Position numbers and translations under genes: made by a program. This document shows, piece after piece, positions 37,302 to 45,962 of a stretch of DNA of 57,817 nt. The notes beneath the pieces are model-generated. The model made no database searches, was not told the origin of the DNA, and saw only the letters and a program-made list of their open reading frames with translations. Origin of the DNA: Candidatus Omnitrophota bacterium (GTDB taxonomy: Bacteria > Omnitrophota > Gorgyraeia > JABMRN01 > RBG-13-46-9). Location: positions 1 through 57,817 of the forward strand of contig JAMXCZ010000003.1 of the NCBI GenBank assembly GCA_024542975.1, in the 5' to 3' direction. How positions within the stretch are numbered: the stretch's first letter is position 1; every line of letters starts with the position of its first letter.

Positions 37302-38668
37302 ACTTACATAACAAAAAGATCCATATGATCGGCATAGGCGGCGTAGGTATGAGCGGGCTCGCCTACGTTTTAGCGCGCATGGGATGCGCGGTGAGCGGGT
37401 CGGATATCGAAGAAAACGTAATTACAAAGCGGCTTCGCCGGAAAGGTGTTATCGTGCATATAGGACACTCCGCCAGTCGATTGCACGCGCCCGAGGTGAT
37501 CGTCTACTCATCCAGCATCAGGGCGGATAATTCGGAGCTCGTGGAAGCACGCTTTAAAAAAATTCCAGTGATTTCCCGCATCGAACTTCTCAGGATGGTC
37601 ATGGAAAAGTACAGGAAGACGATCGGAGTCCTGGGAACGCACGGCAAGACCACCACGACGGCGATGGTGTCCTTGCTTACGGAGTATGCGGGCATGGACC
37701 CGACGGTCCTGATAGGCGGGGACTCTCCACATTTCCGGGGGAATGCGAAAATCGGGAAGAGCAAAATGCTTGTTACGGAAATTGACGAAAGCGATGGCAG
37801 ATTTGTCTGTCTTAGGCCCACGCACATCCTTATGCCGAACCTTGAAAGGGAGCATGCCGAATTTTACAGGGATGAAGCGCATCTTGTGAATGTTTTTAAA
37901 CGCTTCATAAGCGCCCAGCCCGAAAGAAGCGCGTTTTTCTACCGCATCGAAGACGCAAATTTGCGGAAACTCGCCAAGGTAAGCAAGGGGAAAGTTTTCA
38001 GTTTTGGATTTTCAAAAGAAGCGGATCTCTATGCCGCCGGCATAAAGATAGAGGCGTATAAAACCGGGTTTGACTGTTTCTCGCGCGGAAGAAAAATAGG
38101 CCGGTTTATTTTGCGTATTCCCGGGATTCATAATGTTATAGACGGATTGGCAGCGCTCTCACTCGGCGTTGAGCTTGGCATCGACTCCGGGACGATGAAG
38201 CGCGCAATGGCGGCCTATAAAAATGTACGCAGAAGATTTGAGGTCATAGGCGATCTAAACGGGGCTAAGGTTGTAGAAGATTACGCGCACCATCCTACGG
38301 AGATACGCGCCACAATTACCGCTGCCTATTCTACGAAACCTAAAAGGATTATAACGGTTTTTCAACCGCACCGATATACAAGGACAAAGGTGTTTTTCAA
38401 GGAGTTTTCCAATTCTTTCGCAGGTTCGGACGAAGTCATCCTGACAGAGGTATATGCCGCGAGTGAAGAACGGCTTCGGGGCGCGGGCGCAAAGCGTATA
38501 TATGACGCGATGCGGCGCACTAGCCATATTCCTGTTAAACTCCTGGGGAAGAATGAAATACCGGGCTATCTTTCGAAGAAGACAAAAAAAGGGGATCTCA
38601 TCCTTGTTCTGGGGGCCGGTGACATAGGCAAGACAGCGCACGAACTTGTGTCGGGGGTAAAAAAGTGA
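37298..38668 (+). CDS. murC: UDP-MurNAc-L-Ala ligase
   Basis: IGIGGVGMS, GTHGKTTT, DESD and DYAHHPTE motifs. Confidence 0.96.
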   Translation: MNLHNKKIHMIGIGGVGMSGLAYVLARMGCAVSGSDIEENVITKRLRRKGVIVHIGHSASRLHAPEVIVYSSSIRADNSELVEARFKKIPVISRIELLRMVMEKYRKTIGVLGTHGKTTTTAMVSLLTEYAGMDPTVLIGGDSPHFRGNAKIGKSKMLVTEIDESDGRFVCLRPTHILMPNLEREHAEFYRDEAHLVNVFKRFISAQPERSAFFYRIEDANLRKLAKVSKGKVFSFGFSKEADLYAAGIKIEAYKTGFDCFSRGRKIGRFILRIPGIHNVIDGLAALSLGVELGIDSGTMKRAMAAYKNVRRRFEVIGDLNGAKVVEDYAHHPTEIRATITAAYSTKPKRIITVFQPHRYTRTKVFFKEFSNSFAGSDEVILTEVYAASEERLRGAGAKRIYDAMRRTSHIPVKLLGKNEIPGYLSKKTKKGDLILVLGAGDIGKTAHELVSGVKK

Positions 38669-39555
38669 TTGCCGGAGCGTTTCCGAAAATCAAAGGCAGG
38701 ATCCTTTTCGACGAACCGCTTTCCGGGCATACAACCTTTCGAGTAGGTGGCTCGTGCCGGGTGTGGACCGAGCCTTCTTCCGAGGGGGAGCTTCTCGAAA
38801 TTCTTAGGTACGCGAGGACTGAGAAAAAGAAAGCGTTTATAATCGGGAAGGGGAGCAATATCCTTTTCCGCGATAAAGGCTTTGGCGGCGTGCTCATCCA
38901 TCTTGCGGGGGCGCATTTTAAAAAAATAAAATTTTCCGGCGAAAAAGTCCGAACCGGCGCGGGGGCGGCCCTGGCGCGGGTGGTCAACATGGCGTGCGAG
39001 AAGGGCCTTTCGGGCATAGAGGGGCTCGTGGGTATTCCGGGCACGGTGGGCGGCGCAATTTTTATGAATTCAAGCTACAGGGGGAGTATCTCCGACAGCC
39101 TGGAAGAAGTAAAGGTCATGGATAGGAAAACGGGCGATATGCGGATTATCAAGAGAAAAGAATTTATCTTCGGTTATAGGGACACGGGCTTTCTGCATGA
39201 TTACGTAATACTTGAGGCTACTTTAAAATTGCAAAAACAGAAAAAAACAGTCCTGCTCGCGCGAAAGAAAATATTTTTGGAAACAAAGAAAAAAGAGCAG
39301 CCTATCGGATTTTTCAGCGCGGGCTGTATTTTTAAAAACCCGAAGAGGGCGTTCCCGGCAGCCCGGTACATAGATGAGCTTCGCCTCAAAGGAAAAAAAA
39401 TAGGCGGAGCCCAAATCTCCGAAAAGCACGCAAATTTTATTGTAAATCTGAAGGACGCAAAAGGAAGCGACATATTGCGCCTTATGAAGCTCGTTACGAG
39501 GCGCGTTAAAATGCGCTTTGGCGTAAAGCTGGAACCGGAGATAAAAATAGTTTAA
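38665..39555 (+). CDS. murB: UDP-GlcNAc-enolpyruvate reductase
   Basis: HTTFRVGG, GSN, IPGTVGGA, SAGCIFKNP and HANF motifs. Confidence 0.96.
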   Translation: MIAGAFPKIKGRILFDEPLSGHTTFRVGGSCRVWTEPSSEGELLEILRYARTEKKKAFIIGKGSNILFRDKGFGGVLIHLAGAHFKKIKFSGEKVRTGAGAALARVVNMACEKGLSGIEGLVGIPGTVGGAIFMNSSYRGSISDSLEEVKVMDRKTGDMRIIKRKEFIFGYRDTGFLHDYVILEATLKLQKQKKTVLLARKKIFLETKKKEQPIGFFSAGCIFKNPKRAFPAARYIDELRLKGKKIGGAQISEKHANFIVNLKDAKGSDILRLMKLVTRRVKMRFGVKLEPEIKIV

Positions 39556-39556
39556 C

Positions 39557-40477
39557 ATGACTGATTACGGAAAAATCGCGGTATTTGCAGGCGGCCCTTC
39601 CAGCGAGCGCGAGATAAGCCTCCTCTCCGGGAAGGCGGTTTATGAAGCTCTTAAAAGGAAAAACCTGGACGCGCGCCTTGTCGAAGTCAAAGACGATTTT
39701 TACGAAAAAATAAAACAAATTAAGTGCGATATGGCGTTTCTTGCTTTGCATGGAAAGTTCGGGGAAGACGGGACAGCGCAGGAGATGCTGGAGGGGCTTG
39801 ACATTCCTTACACCGGCTCCGGAGTCCTGTCTTCGAGGCTGGCGATGGATAAGGTTGCTTCAAGAGAAGTGTTTTTGGAAAACGGCCTCAAGGCTCCGTC
39901 TTATAAAGTCGTAAAACGCGGCGCGAATGCCGGGGTCCTGGCAGAAGAATTCGGCTTGCCGTTTGTCGTAAAGCCGCAAAGCGGTGGCTCAAGCATAGGC
40001 CTTTCCGTAGTGAAGGACTTAAGTTTTGCGGAGGAAGCCCTGGAGAAGGCGTCCCGTTACGGCGAGAAGATCATTGTAGAGAGATATATCCACGGCAGGG
40101 AACTTACCGTAGGCATCCTTGAGGAGAGCGCCCTTCCCGTTATAGAAATAGTACCCAAAAACGATGTATATGATTTCGATGCCAAATACGCCGATCACGG
40201 GACAGAATATATTCTTCCGGCCTTGCTTGACGAAGATGCCCGGAGGGGCGTGGTAGATGCCGCGCTCAAGGCAAAAGAGATCCTCGGTTGCAGGGATTTT
40301 TCGCGGGTTGACATGAGGATGGACCGGGAAGGGAATGTCTACATTCTGGAGGTAAATACGATTCCGGGCCTGACTGAACGCAGCCTCTTGCCGAAAGCGG
40401 CCGGCGCGGCGGGCCTTGGCTTCGAAGATCTATGTATAAAAATAATCGATCTTGTTCGCAAACGGGAGGAAGGGTGA
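39557..40477 (+). CDS. ddl: D-Ala-D-Ala ligase
   Basis: GGPSSEREIS, HGKFGEDG, GSSIG and EVNTIPG motifs. Confidence 0.96.
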   Translation: MTDYGKIAVFAGGPSSEREISLLSGKAVYEALKRKNLDARLVEVKDDFYEKIKQIKCDMAFLALHGKFGEDGTAQEMLEGLDIPYTGSGVLSSRLAMDKVASREVFLENGLKAPSYKVVKRGANAGVLAEEFGLPFVVKPQSGGSSIGLSVVKDLSFAEEALEKASRYGEKIIVERYIHGRELTVGILEESALPVIEIVPKNDVYDFDAKYADHGTEYILPALLDEDARRGVVDAALKAKEILGCRDFSRVDMRMDREGNVYILEVNTIPGLTERSLLPKAAGAAGLGFEDLCIKIIDLVRKREEG

Positions 40478-40479
40478 GT

Positions 40480-41253
40480 ATGCGTAAGAAAAATCCGGGC
40501 AAAAAAATTAAAAAAGAAAAAAATAAAACTGCGCCGATAAAATTGCCGGTAAAAAAATTCCTGCACTTTGCGCTTATTTTTACCCTGATCACAGTTTCGT
40601 ATTTATCTTTACGAAATTCCAAATATTTCACGTTGACGGACATAAAGGTAATTGATAGGGATGCTATCTCGGGCCTCAGGGCGGAAGACCTCCTGCATCT
40701 CTACAAGGGGAGAAATATTTTTGATATTGATATTGATGCCATCGCATTCCGGACAAAAAAAGATTATCCGCTTACAAAAGAGGTGATTGTACGAAAGGTG
40801 CTTCCCTCGAGCCTCGTTGTAGACATTACCTCGCGCGTTCCCATAGGCAAAATTAAAGCAAACGGATATTTTCCGATTGACCGGACGGGCATGGTGTTGC
40901 CGCCCGGAGGAGATACCGGTGCCCTGCCGGTTATATCGGGGTTTTCCATGTGGCTTAAACCCCGCGTAGGGGAGAGGTTGGATAACAGGCAGCTCAAAAG
41001 TGCATTCCTTTTGATAGATGCTTTGAAAGAAAACACGCTCGCGGGCCCTTTCAGCGTAACGGCTGTTGATGCGGCAAATTACAAAAACCTTTCGTTCTAC
41101 CTGAAAAACGGGATCGAGGTAAAAATAGGCGAGAACGATTTCCCAAAACGGCTTAAGATGCTGAAAACCACGCTTAACAACCGAAAACTGGATAAAAACG
41201 ACATACGGTATATCGATTTAAGGTTCCGGGATGTTGTGATCGGGCCGAAATAA
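40480..41253 (+). CDS. ftsQ: Cell division protein FtsQ/DivIB
   Basis: Basic N-tail, TM, POTRA-like region and C-terminal YIDLRF. Confidence 0.88.
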   Translation: MRKKNPGKKIKKEKNKTAPIKLPVKKFLHFALIFTLITVSYLSLRNSKYFTLTDIKVIDRDAISGLRAEDLLHLYKGRNIFDIDIDAIAFRTKKDYPLTKEVIVRKVLPSSLVVDITSRVPIGKIKANGYFPIDRTGMVLPPGGDTGALPVISGFSMWLKPRVGERLDNRQLKSAFLLIDALKENTLAGPFSVTAVDAANYKNLSFYLKNGIEVKIGENDFPKRLKMLKTTLNNRKLDKNDIRYIDLRFRDVVIGPK

Positions 41254-41268
41254 GCCTATCGGACTACG

Positions 41269-42330
41269 ATGCAAAAACCAATTACCGTAATAGACCTGGG
41301 CTCAAATAGGATCGTTGCTGCGACTGCCGGTATAGGGAAAAAGGGCGGGGTAACGCTTCTTGCGATGGAAAACCTTCATTCGCGCGGGATAAACGAAGGC
41401 GAAATAACCGACATCAGTAAAGCCGTAGAGGATATTTCGCTGATTACCGGTAAGCTTAAGGAAAAGTGCGGAAGAAAACCGAAGAACGTTTTTGTGACGA
41501 CAAGAAGCGCCGACATAGAGGTCAGGCCTTCCCGGGGGATGATCCCGCTCTCTAAAACGTCCCGTGAAATTACAAGAAATGATGTAAGGCGTTCTTCGGA
41601 GCTCGCTTCCATGGTGAGGCTCTCTTTAGACCGGGCCATTGTGCAAAAAATCGTGCGGAACTTTCGTATAGACGAAAACGCCGCGGAGGTCAAAAATCCC
41701 GTAGGGCTTTACGGGATGCGCCTCGAGGTTGAATCATTTATTGTTACGGCCAACCGGTCCAAAATTCAAAACATTACAAAATGTATTGACCACGCAGGAT
41801 TTCTCTTGGGAGGCGTATATCTCTCAAGCATAGCTTCGGCCGAGAGCGTTTTGGACTCAAAGGAAAAAGAGAAAGGGGTACTACTTCTGGACATAGGAGA
41901 GGCCCTTACCGAAGGCCTTATTTTTAAAAATGATATGCTTAAAAATTTCTGCGCGATCCGAAAAGGCGCGAGGGCTGTCTATGACGGAAACCGGCATGTG
42001 GACAAACCCGGGCTTACCGCTTTGCTGCTGGACACACTTGCCGCGCTTCCAAATGGGGCATCCGCGTTCTCATCCGTAGTTCTAACGGGAGGCGGAGCTC
42101 TTCTTGACGGCGTGATCGAAGAAGCAGAAAAAGTCTTCAAACTCCCCGTAAAAATCGGTCTCGCAAAAAACCAAAACCAAAGCCTGAACTCGCAGGACGC
42201 CATAATCCATGCCCCAACGATCGGCCTGATAACCCACATCGCCAATGACTACAAAGCCTCCCAAATCCACACTTCGCCTTTCCTCCGCACCCTGCACAAC
42301 CTCCAACACATCTACGAAACCTACTTCTAA
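41269..42330 (+). CDS. ftsA: Shortened, divergent FtsA
   Basis: IDLGS, the 1C-domain KNPVGLYGMRLEVE, VLTGGG and a C-terminal amphipathic helix, at the canonical position. It is only 353 aa. Confidence 0.85.
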   Translation: MQKPITVIDLGSNRIVAATAGIGKKGGVTLLAMENLHSRGINEGEITDISKAVEDISLITGKLKEKCGRKPKNVFVTTRSADIEVRPSRGMIPLSKTSREITRNDVRRSSELASMVRLSLDRAIVQKIVRNFRIDENAAEVKNPVGLYGMRLEVESFIVTANRSKIQNITKCIDHAGFLLGGVYLSSIASAESVLDSKEKEKGVLLLDIGEALTEGLIFKNDMLKNFCAIRKGARAVYDGNRHVDKPGLTALLLDTLAALPNGASAFSSVVLTGGGALLDGVIEEAEKVFKLPVKIGLAKNQNQSLNSQDAIIHAPTIGLITHIANDYKASQIHTSPFLRTLHNLQHIYETYF

Positions 42331-42332
42331 CC

Positions 42333-42356
42333 AAAAAGGGGTTAGACCCCTTTTTT
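42333..42356. terminator. Bidirectional terminator / REP-like hairpin ending the dcw cluster
   Basis: AAAAAGGGGT-TAG-ACCCCTTTTTT. Confidence 0.7.
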
Positions 42357-42371
42357 ACGATGGGATTTTGT

Positions 42372-42400
42372 TTGACAGTGAAAATCTTATATGCTACGCT
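42372..42400 (+). promoter_or_regulatory. sigma70 promoter for the yggS operon
   Basis: TTGACA-17-TACGCT with extended TG. Confidence 0.55.
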
Positions 42401-42427
42401 ATAGCGGAAAAATAGTATTATATATAT

Positions 42428-43090
42428 ATGGTAGGCGAGAATCTTACAAAAGTTCGGGAGCGTATACAGAAGGCGGCCTTGAGGGTGGGGCGGGATCCGC
42501 ACTCAGTAAAGCTTGTAGCCGTTACCAAGAAGGCCGAAATCGACGAGGTACGCGGGGCTATCGAGGCCGGTGTAACCGATATCGGTGAAAATCGGGTAAA
42601 GGACGCGCTTTTGAAGCGCGAGCTTCTGGATTCTCACATTCTCAACTGGCACATGATAGGGCACCTTCAATCGAAGAAGGCGAAGGACGCCGTCAGGATA
42701 TTTTCGGTTATTCATTCGGTTGATACGATAAAATTGGCCCGCGCTATCGATAAAGCGGCAGGATCGAGCGGTAAAGTCCAGGATATTTTCATAGAAGTTA
42801 ACGTTTCGGGTGAGAAAAGCAAGTTCGGCATTGCGCCCGGCGCCCTCGAAGGTTTTCTAAAGGAGGCCGGGCGTTTAAAGAACATCAATATCCCGGGCGT
42901 CATGACAATGGCGCCTTTTGCGGACGATGCTGAGAAGGCGCGGCCTTATTTCCGGGAATTAAAAAAGTTGGCCGATGCGCATAATTTAAAAGAAGTTTCA
43001 ATGGGGATGACACAGGACTTTGAAGTTGCCGTGGAAGAAGGCGCTACGATGGTTCGTATAGGTAGCGCGATATTCAGAGGTGAATTATGA
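42428..43090 (+). CDS. yggS: PLP homeostasis protein
   Basis: LVAVTK, GENRV, WHMIGHLQ, SMGMTQD and VRIGSAIF motifs. Confidence 0.95.
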   Translation: MVGENLTKVRERIQKAALRVGRDPHSVKLVAVTKKAEIDEVRGAIEAGVTDIGENRVKDALLKRELLDSHILNWHMIGHLQSKKAKDAVRIFSVIHSVDTIKLARAIDKAAGSSGKVQDIFIEVNVSGEKSKFGIAPGALEGFLKEAGRLKNINIPGVMTMAPFADDAEKARPYFRELKKLADAHNLKEVSMGMTQDFEVAVEEGATMVRIGSAIFRGEL

Positions 43091-43884
43091 AACTCGGCAT
43101 TATCGGTTGCGGAAATATGGGGAGCGCCCTGGCGCGGGGTATTTTATCGACGCGGCTTTTACAATTTAATTCCATCTACATAAGTGATAAGGACTCCGGC
43201 AGGACGCGCGCGCTTTCCAAAAAATTGGGTATGCGTGTCAGCACAAATAAGGAAACCGTAAAGAAAAGTAATTTCATCATCATTGCCGTAAAACCCCAGG
43301 ACGCAAAAAGGCTTCTCGCTTCGATTTCGGAGGATTTGGACCAGTCGAAGCACCTCGTCTCCATTATGGCGGGAGTCAGCATTAAAAAAATCGAGTCATT
43401 TATCAATAAAAAAGTCGCTATTACGCGCGCAATGCCGAATCTAACGGCACTCGCGGGAAAAAGCATAACCTGCTTGAGTCACAACAGGATGGTAAAAAAT
43501 AAGGCGTTCACGCAAAAGATCTTTTCTTCAGTAGGCAGTGTTATCGAGATCGAAGAAAAACATATGGATGCGGTAACCGCGGTAAGCGGAAGCGGCCCGG
43601 CATATTTCCTTTACCTTGCGGAGTGCTTAGCGGAGGCTGCGGTAAAATTGGGCATCAAAAGAGAAAAAGCGGTAGAGCTTGCAGCCGCTACGCTTTTCGG
43701 GAGCGGCGCATTGTTGGAAGCCCTGGATGTTTCCCCCGAGGTTTTACGCAAGCGTATAACATCCAAAAAAGGGACGACGGAAGCGGCGCTCTCCGTCCTA
43801 AAATCAAAGAATTTTAAAGGTGCGGTAATCGAAGCGGTGAAGGCCGCCTCGGCAAGGTCGAAAGAGCTTTCGAAAGGAGCCTGA
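43087..43884 (+). CDS. proC: Pyrroline-5-carboxylate reductase
   Basis: IGCGNMG, AVKPQ, RAMPN and SGSGPAY motifs. Confidence 0.95.
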   Translation: MKLGIIGCGNMGSALARGILSTRLLQFNSIYISDKDSGRTRALSKKLGMRVSTNKETVKKSNFIIIAVKPQDAKRLLASISEDLDQSKHLVSIMAGVSIKKIESFINKKVAITRAMPNLTALAGKSITCLSHNRMVKNKAFTQKIFSSVGSVIEIEEKHMDAVTAVSGSGPAYFLYLAECLAEAAVKLGIKREKAVELAAATLFGSGALLEALDVSPEVLRKRITSKKGTTEAALSVLKSKNFKGAVIEAVKAASARSKELSKGA

Positions 43885-43885
43885 A

Positions 43886-44185
43886 ATGTTTATACTGGGA
43901 CAGTTGCTCGCAAGCCTGGCGTATCTCTTCAACATGATCTTCAACATCCTGTATTTTCTCCTTGTGATCAGAATAATACTTTCGTGGTTTGCCATAAACC
44001 CCTACAATGAGATCGTCCAGATCCTATACCGGATAACCGACCCAATCCTGGCGCCCTTTCGCAGGCTGCCGCTCCGGATGGGCATGATAGATTTTACACC
44101 GATAGTGGCCTTTATGGCGCTCTGGTTTGTGCGTAGTTTCGTCGTAGGCGTTCTAAGCCACTACGCAATGACGCTAATGAGATGA
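43886..44185 (+). CDS. yggT: YggT-family membrane protein
   Basis: ILSW..NPYN...TDPILAPFRR..IDFTP. Confidence 0.9.
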   Translation: MFILGQLLASLAYLFNMIFNILYFLLVIRIILSWFAINPYNEIVQILYRITDPILAPFRRLPLRMGMIDFTPIVAFMALWFVRSFVVGVLSHYAMTLMR

Positions 44186-44201
44186 ATGATGGGGAGGTAA
44201 G

Positions 44202-45062
44202 ATGGCAAGGATAGGCATTATAGGCGGTAGCGGATTATACGATATCGAAGGTATCAAGATAAATGAAACGCGTAAAATCAATACGCCGTTTGGGGATCCC
44301 TCGGACGAATATGTAATCGGAACGCTAAGCGGCAAAGAAATAGTGTTTTTGCCCAGGCATGGCAGGGGCCACCGCATAAGCCCTTCCCGGATAAACTATC
44401 GAGCCAACATATTCGGCATGAAAAAACTCGGGGTAGAGCACATTATTTCAGTTTCCGCGTGCGGTTCGCTTAAAGAAAATATTAAACCGCTGGATTTTGT
44501 TCTTCCACTGCAATTTGTCGACAGGACAAATCAGGCGAGGAAGTATACATTTTTTGACGACGGCATTACCGCCCACATAAGTTTTGCGCACCCCGTATGC
44601 GAGGGCCTTGTGAATTTAGTGGCAGAGGAGACCAAAAAAGTAAAACAGGGCGTGCACATTGGCGGGACATATTTAAACATGGAAGGGCCGCAGTTTTCGA
44701 CGCTTGCGGAATCTAATCTTTACAGGGCCTGGGGAATGGACGTGATCGGCATGACTAATATGGCAGAGGCGCGGCTGGCGCGGGAGGCGGAGATCTGTTA
44801 TGCTACGCTGGCAGCCGTTACCGATTATGACTGCTGGTGCGAAAGCGAAGAAGATGTAACCATTGATGCCATAATAGGCAATCTCAGAAAAAACGTAAAA
44901 AACGCAAAAAAAATACTAAAGGGCTCGATCACAAAAATCAGCGACAAACGAACCTGCCCGTGCAAGGATGCGCTAAAATACGCCATCGTAACCGACCCAA
45001 AAGCCATATCGCAGGAGACGAGGGATAGGCTGGGGATCCTGATAGGGAGGCACATAAAGTGA
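44202..45062 (+). CDS. mtnP: S-methyl-5'-thioadenosine phosphorylase
   Basis: IGIIGGSG, PRHG, EGPQFST and TDYDCW motifs. Confidence 0.92.
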   Translation: MARIGIIGGSGLYDIEGIKINETRKINTPFGDPSDEYVIGTLSGKEIVFLPRHGRGHRISPSRINYRANIFGMKKLGVEHIISVSACGSLKENIKPLDFVLPLQFVDRTNQARKYTFFDDGITAHISFAHPVCEGLVNLVAEETKKVKQGVHIGGTYLNMEGPQFSTLAESNLYRAWGMDVIGMTNMAEARLAREAEICYATLAAVTDYDCWCESEEDVTIDAIIGNLRKNVKNAKKILKGSITKISDKRTCPCKDALKYAIVTDPKAISQETRDRLGILIGRHIK

Positions 45063-45961
45063 ACCGTATTTTAGTGGTGGGGTCGGTAGCGCTCGATACG
45101 GTAACGACTCCGTTCGGCAAGTGCTCTGACGTTTTAGGCGGTTCGGCGACGTATTTTTCCGTAAGCGCAAGCCACTTTAGCCCTGTCGAGGTCGTTGCCG
45201 TGGTAGGGAGCGACTTCCCTTCCAGGCACATAAAATTTCTGAAATCCAAAAAAATTAATTTAAATGGCCTGAAAACCATAAAGGGCAAAACCTTCCGGTG
45301 GGAAGGCGAATACAGCTGGGATTTCGGGAACCCGAAGACGATAGCTACACACCTCAACGTATTTTCTGATTTTGACCCGGAGGTGCCGCGCGAGTATCGC
45401 GCGAGTAAATATGTATTTTTAGCCAATATCGACCCGCGGTTGCAAAAGAAGGTTTTAAATCAGATGGTAAATCCCAGGATAGTGGCCTGTGACACAATGA
45501 ATTACTGGATAGAAAATAAACGCAATGACCTGATAAGGCTTTTAAAAGAGGTCGATATATTTTTCGTAAATGAATCGGAGGCAAAAGAACTAACCGGCGA
45601 GGTGGGCCTCGTGGCCGCTGCGCGCGCCATGCTCAGTTTTGGCCCAAAAAAAGTTATCATAAAAAAAGGTGAACACGGGAGCCTTTTGTTTTCGAGTGAC
45701 TCGATCTTTAGTACCCCGGCGTTTCTTCTGGAAACAATTTTCGATCCTACCGGCGCCGGCGATACATTCGCGGGTGGGGTCATGGGGTATCTCGCATCCT
45801 CGGGCAGTTTAAGCGAGAAGGCTTTGAGGAAGGCGATTGTTTACGGGAGTGTTATGGCAACGTTTGCGGTTCGCGATTTTAGCCTGAGGCGCCTGGGTGC
45901 TGTAAAAAAGCCGGACATAATGAAGAAATTTAGCGAGTTCAAACAGCTTACGCAATTTTAA
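45059..45961 (+). CDS. PfkB-family carbohydrate/nucleoside kinase
   Basis: GGSATY, KKGEHG and DPTGAGDTFAGG motifs. Confidence 0.9.
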   Translation: MNRILVVGSVALDTVTTPFGKCSDVLGGSATYFSVSASHFSPVEVVAVVGSDFPSRHIKFLKSKKINLNGLKTIKGKTFRWEGEYSWDFGNPKTIATHLNVFSDFDPEVPREYRASKYVFLANIDPRLQKKVLNQMVNPRIVACDTMNYWIENKRNDLIRLLKEVDIFFVNESEAKELTGEVGLVAAARAMLSFGPKKVIIKKGEHGSLLFSSDSIFSTPAFLLETIFDPTGAGDTFAGGVMGYLASSGSLSEKALRKAIVYGSVMATFAVRDFSLRRLGAVKKPDIMKKFSEFKQLTQF

Positions 45962-45962
45962 T

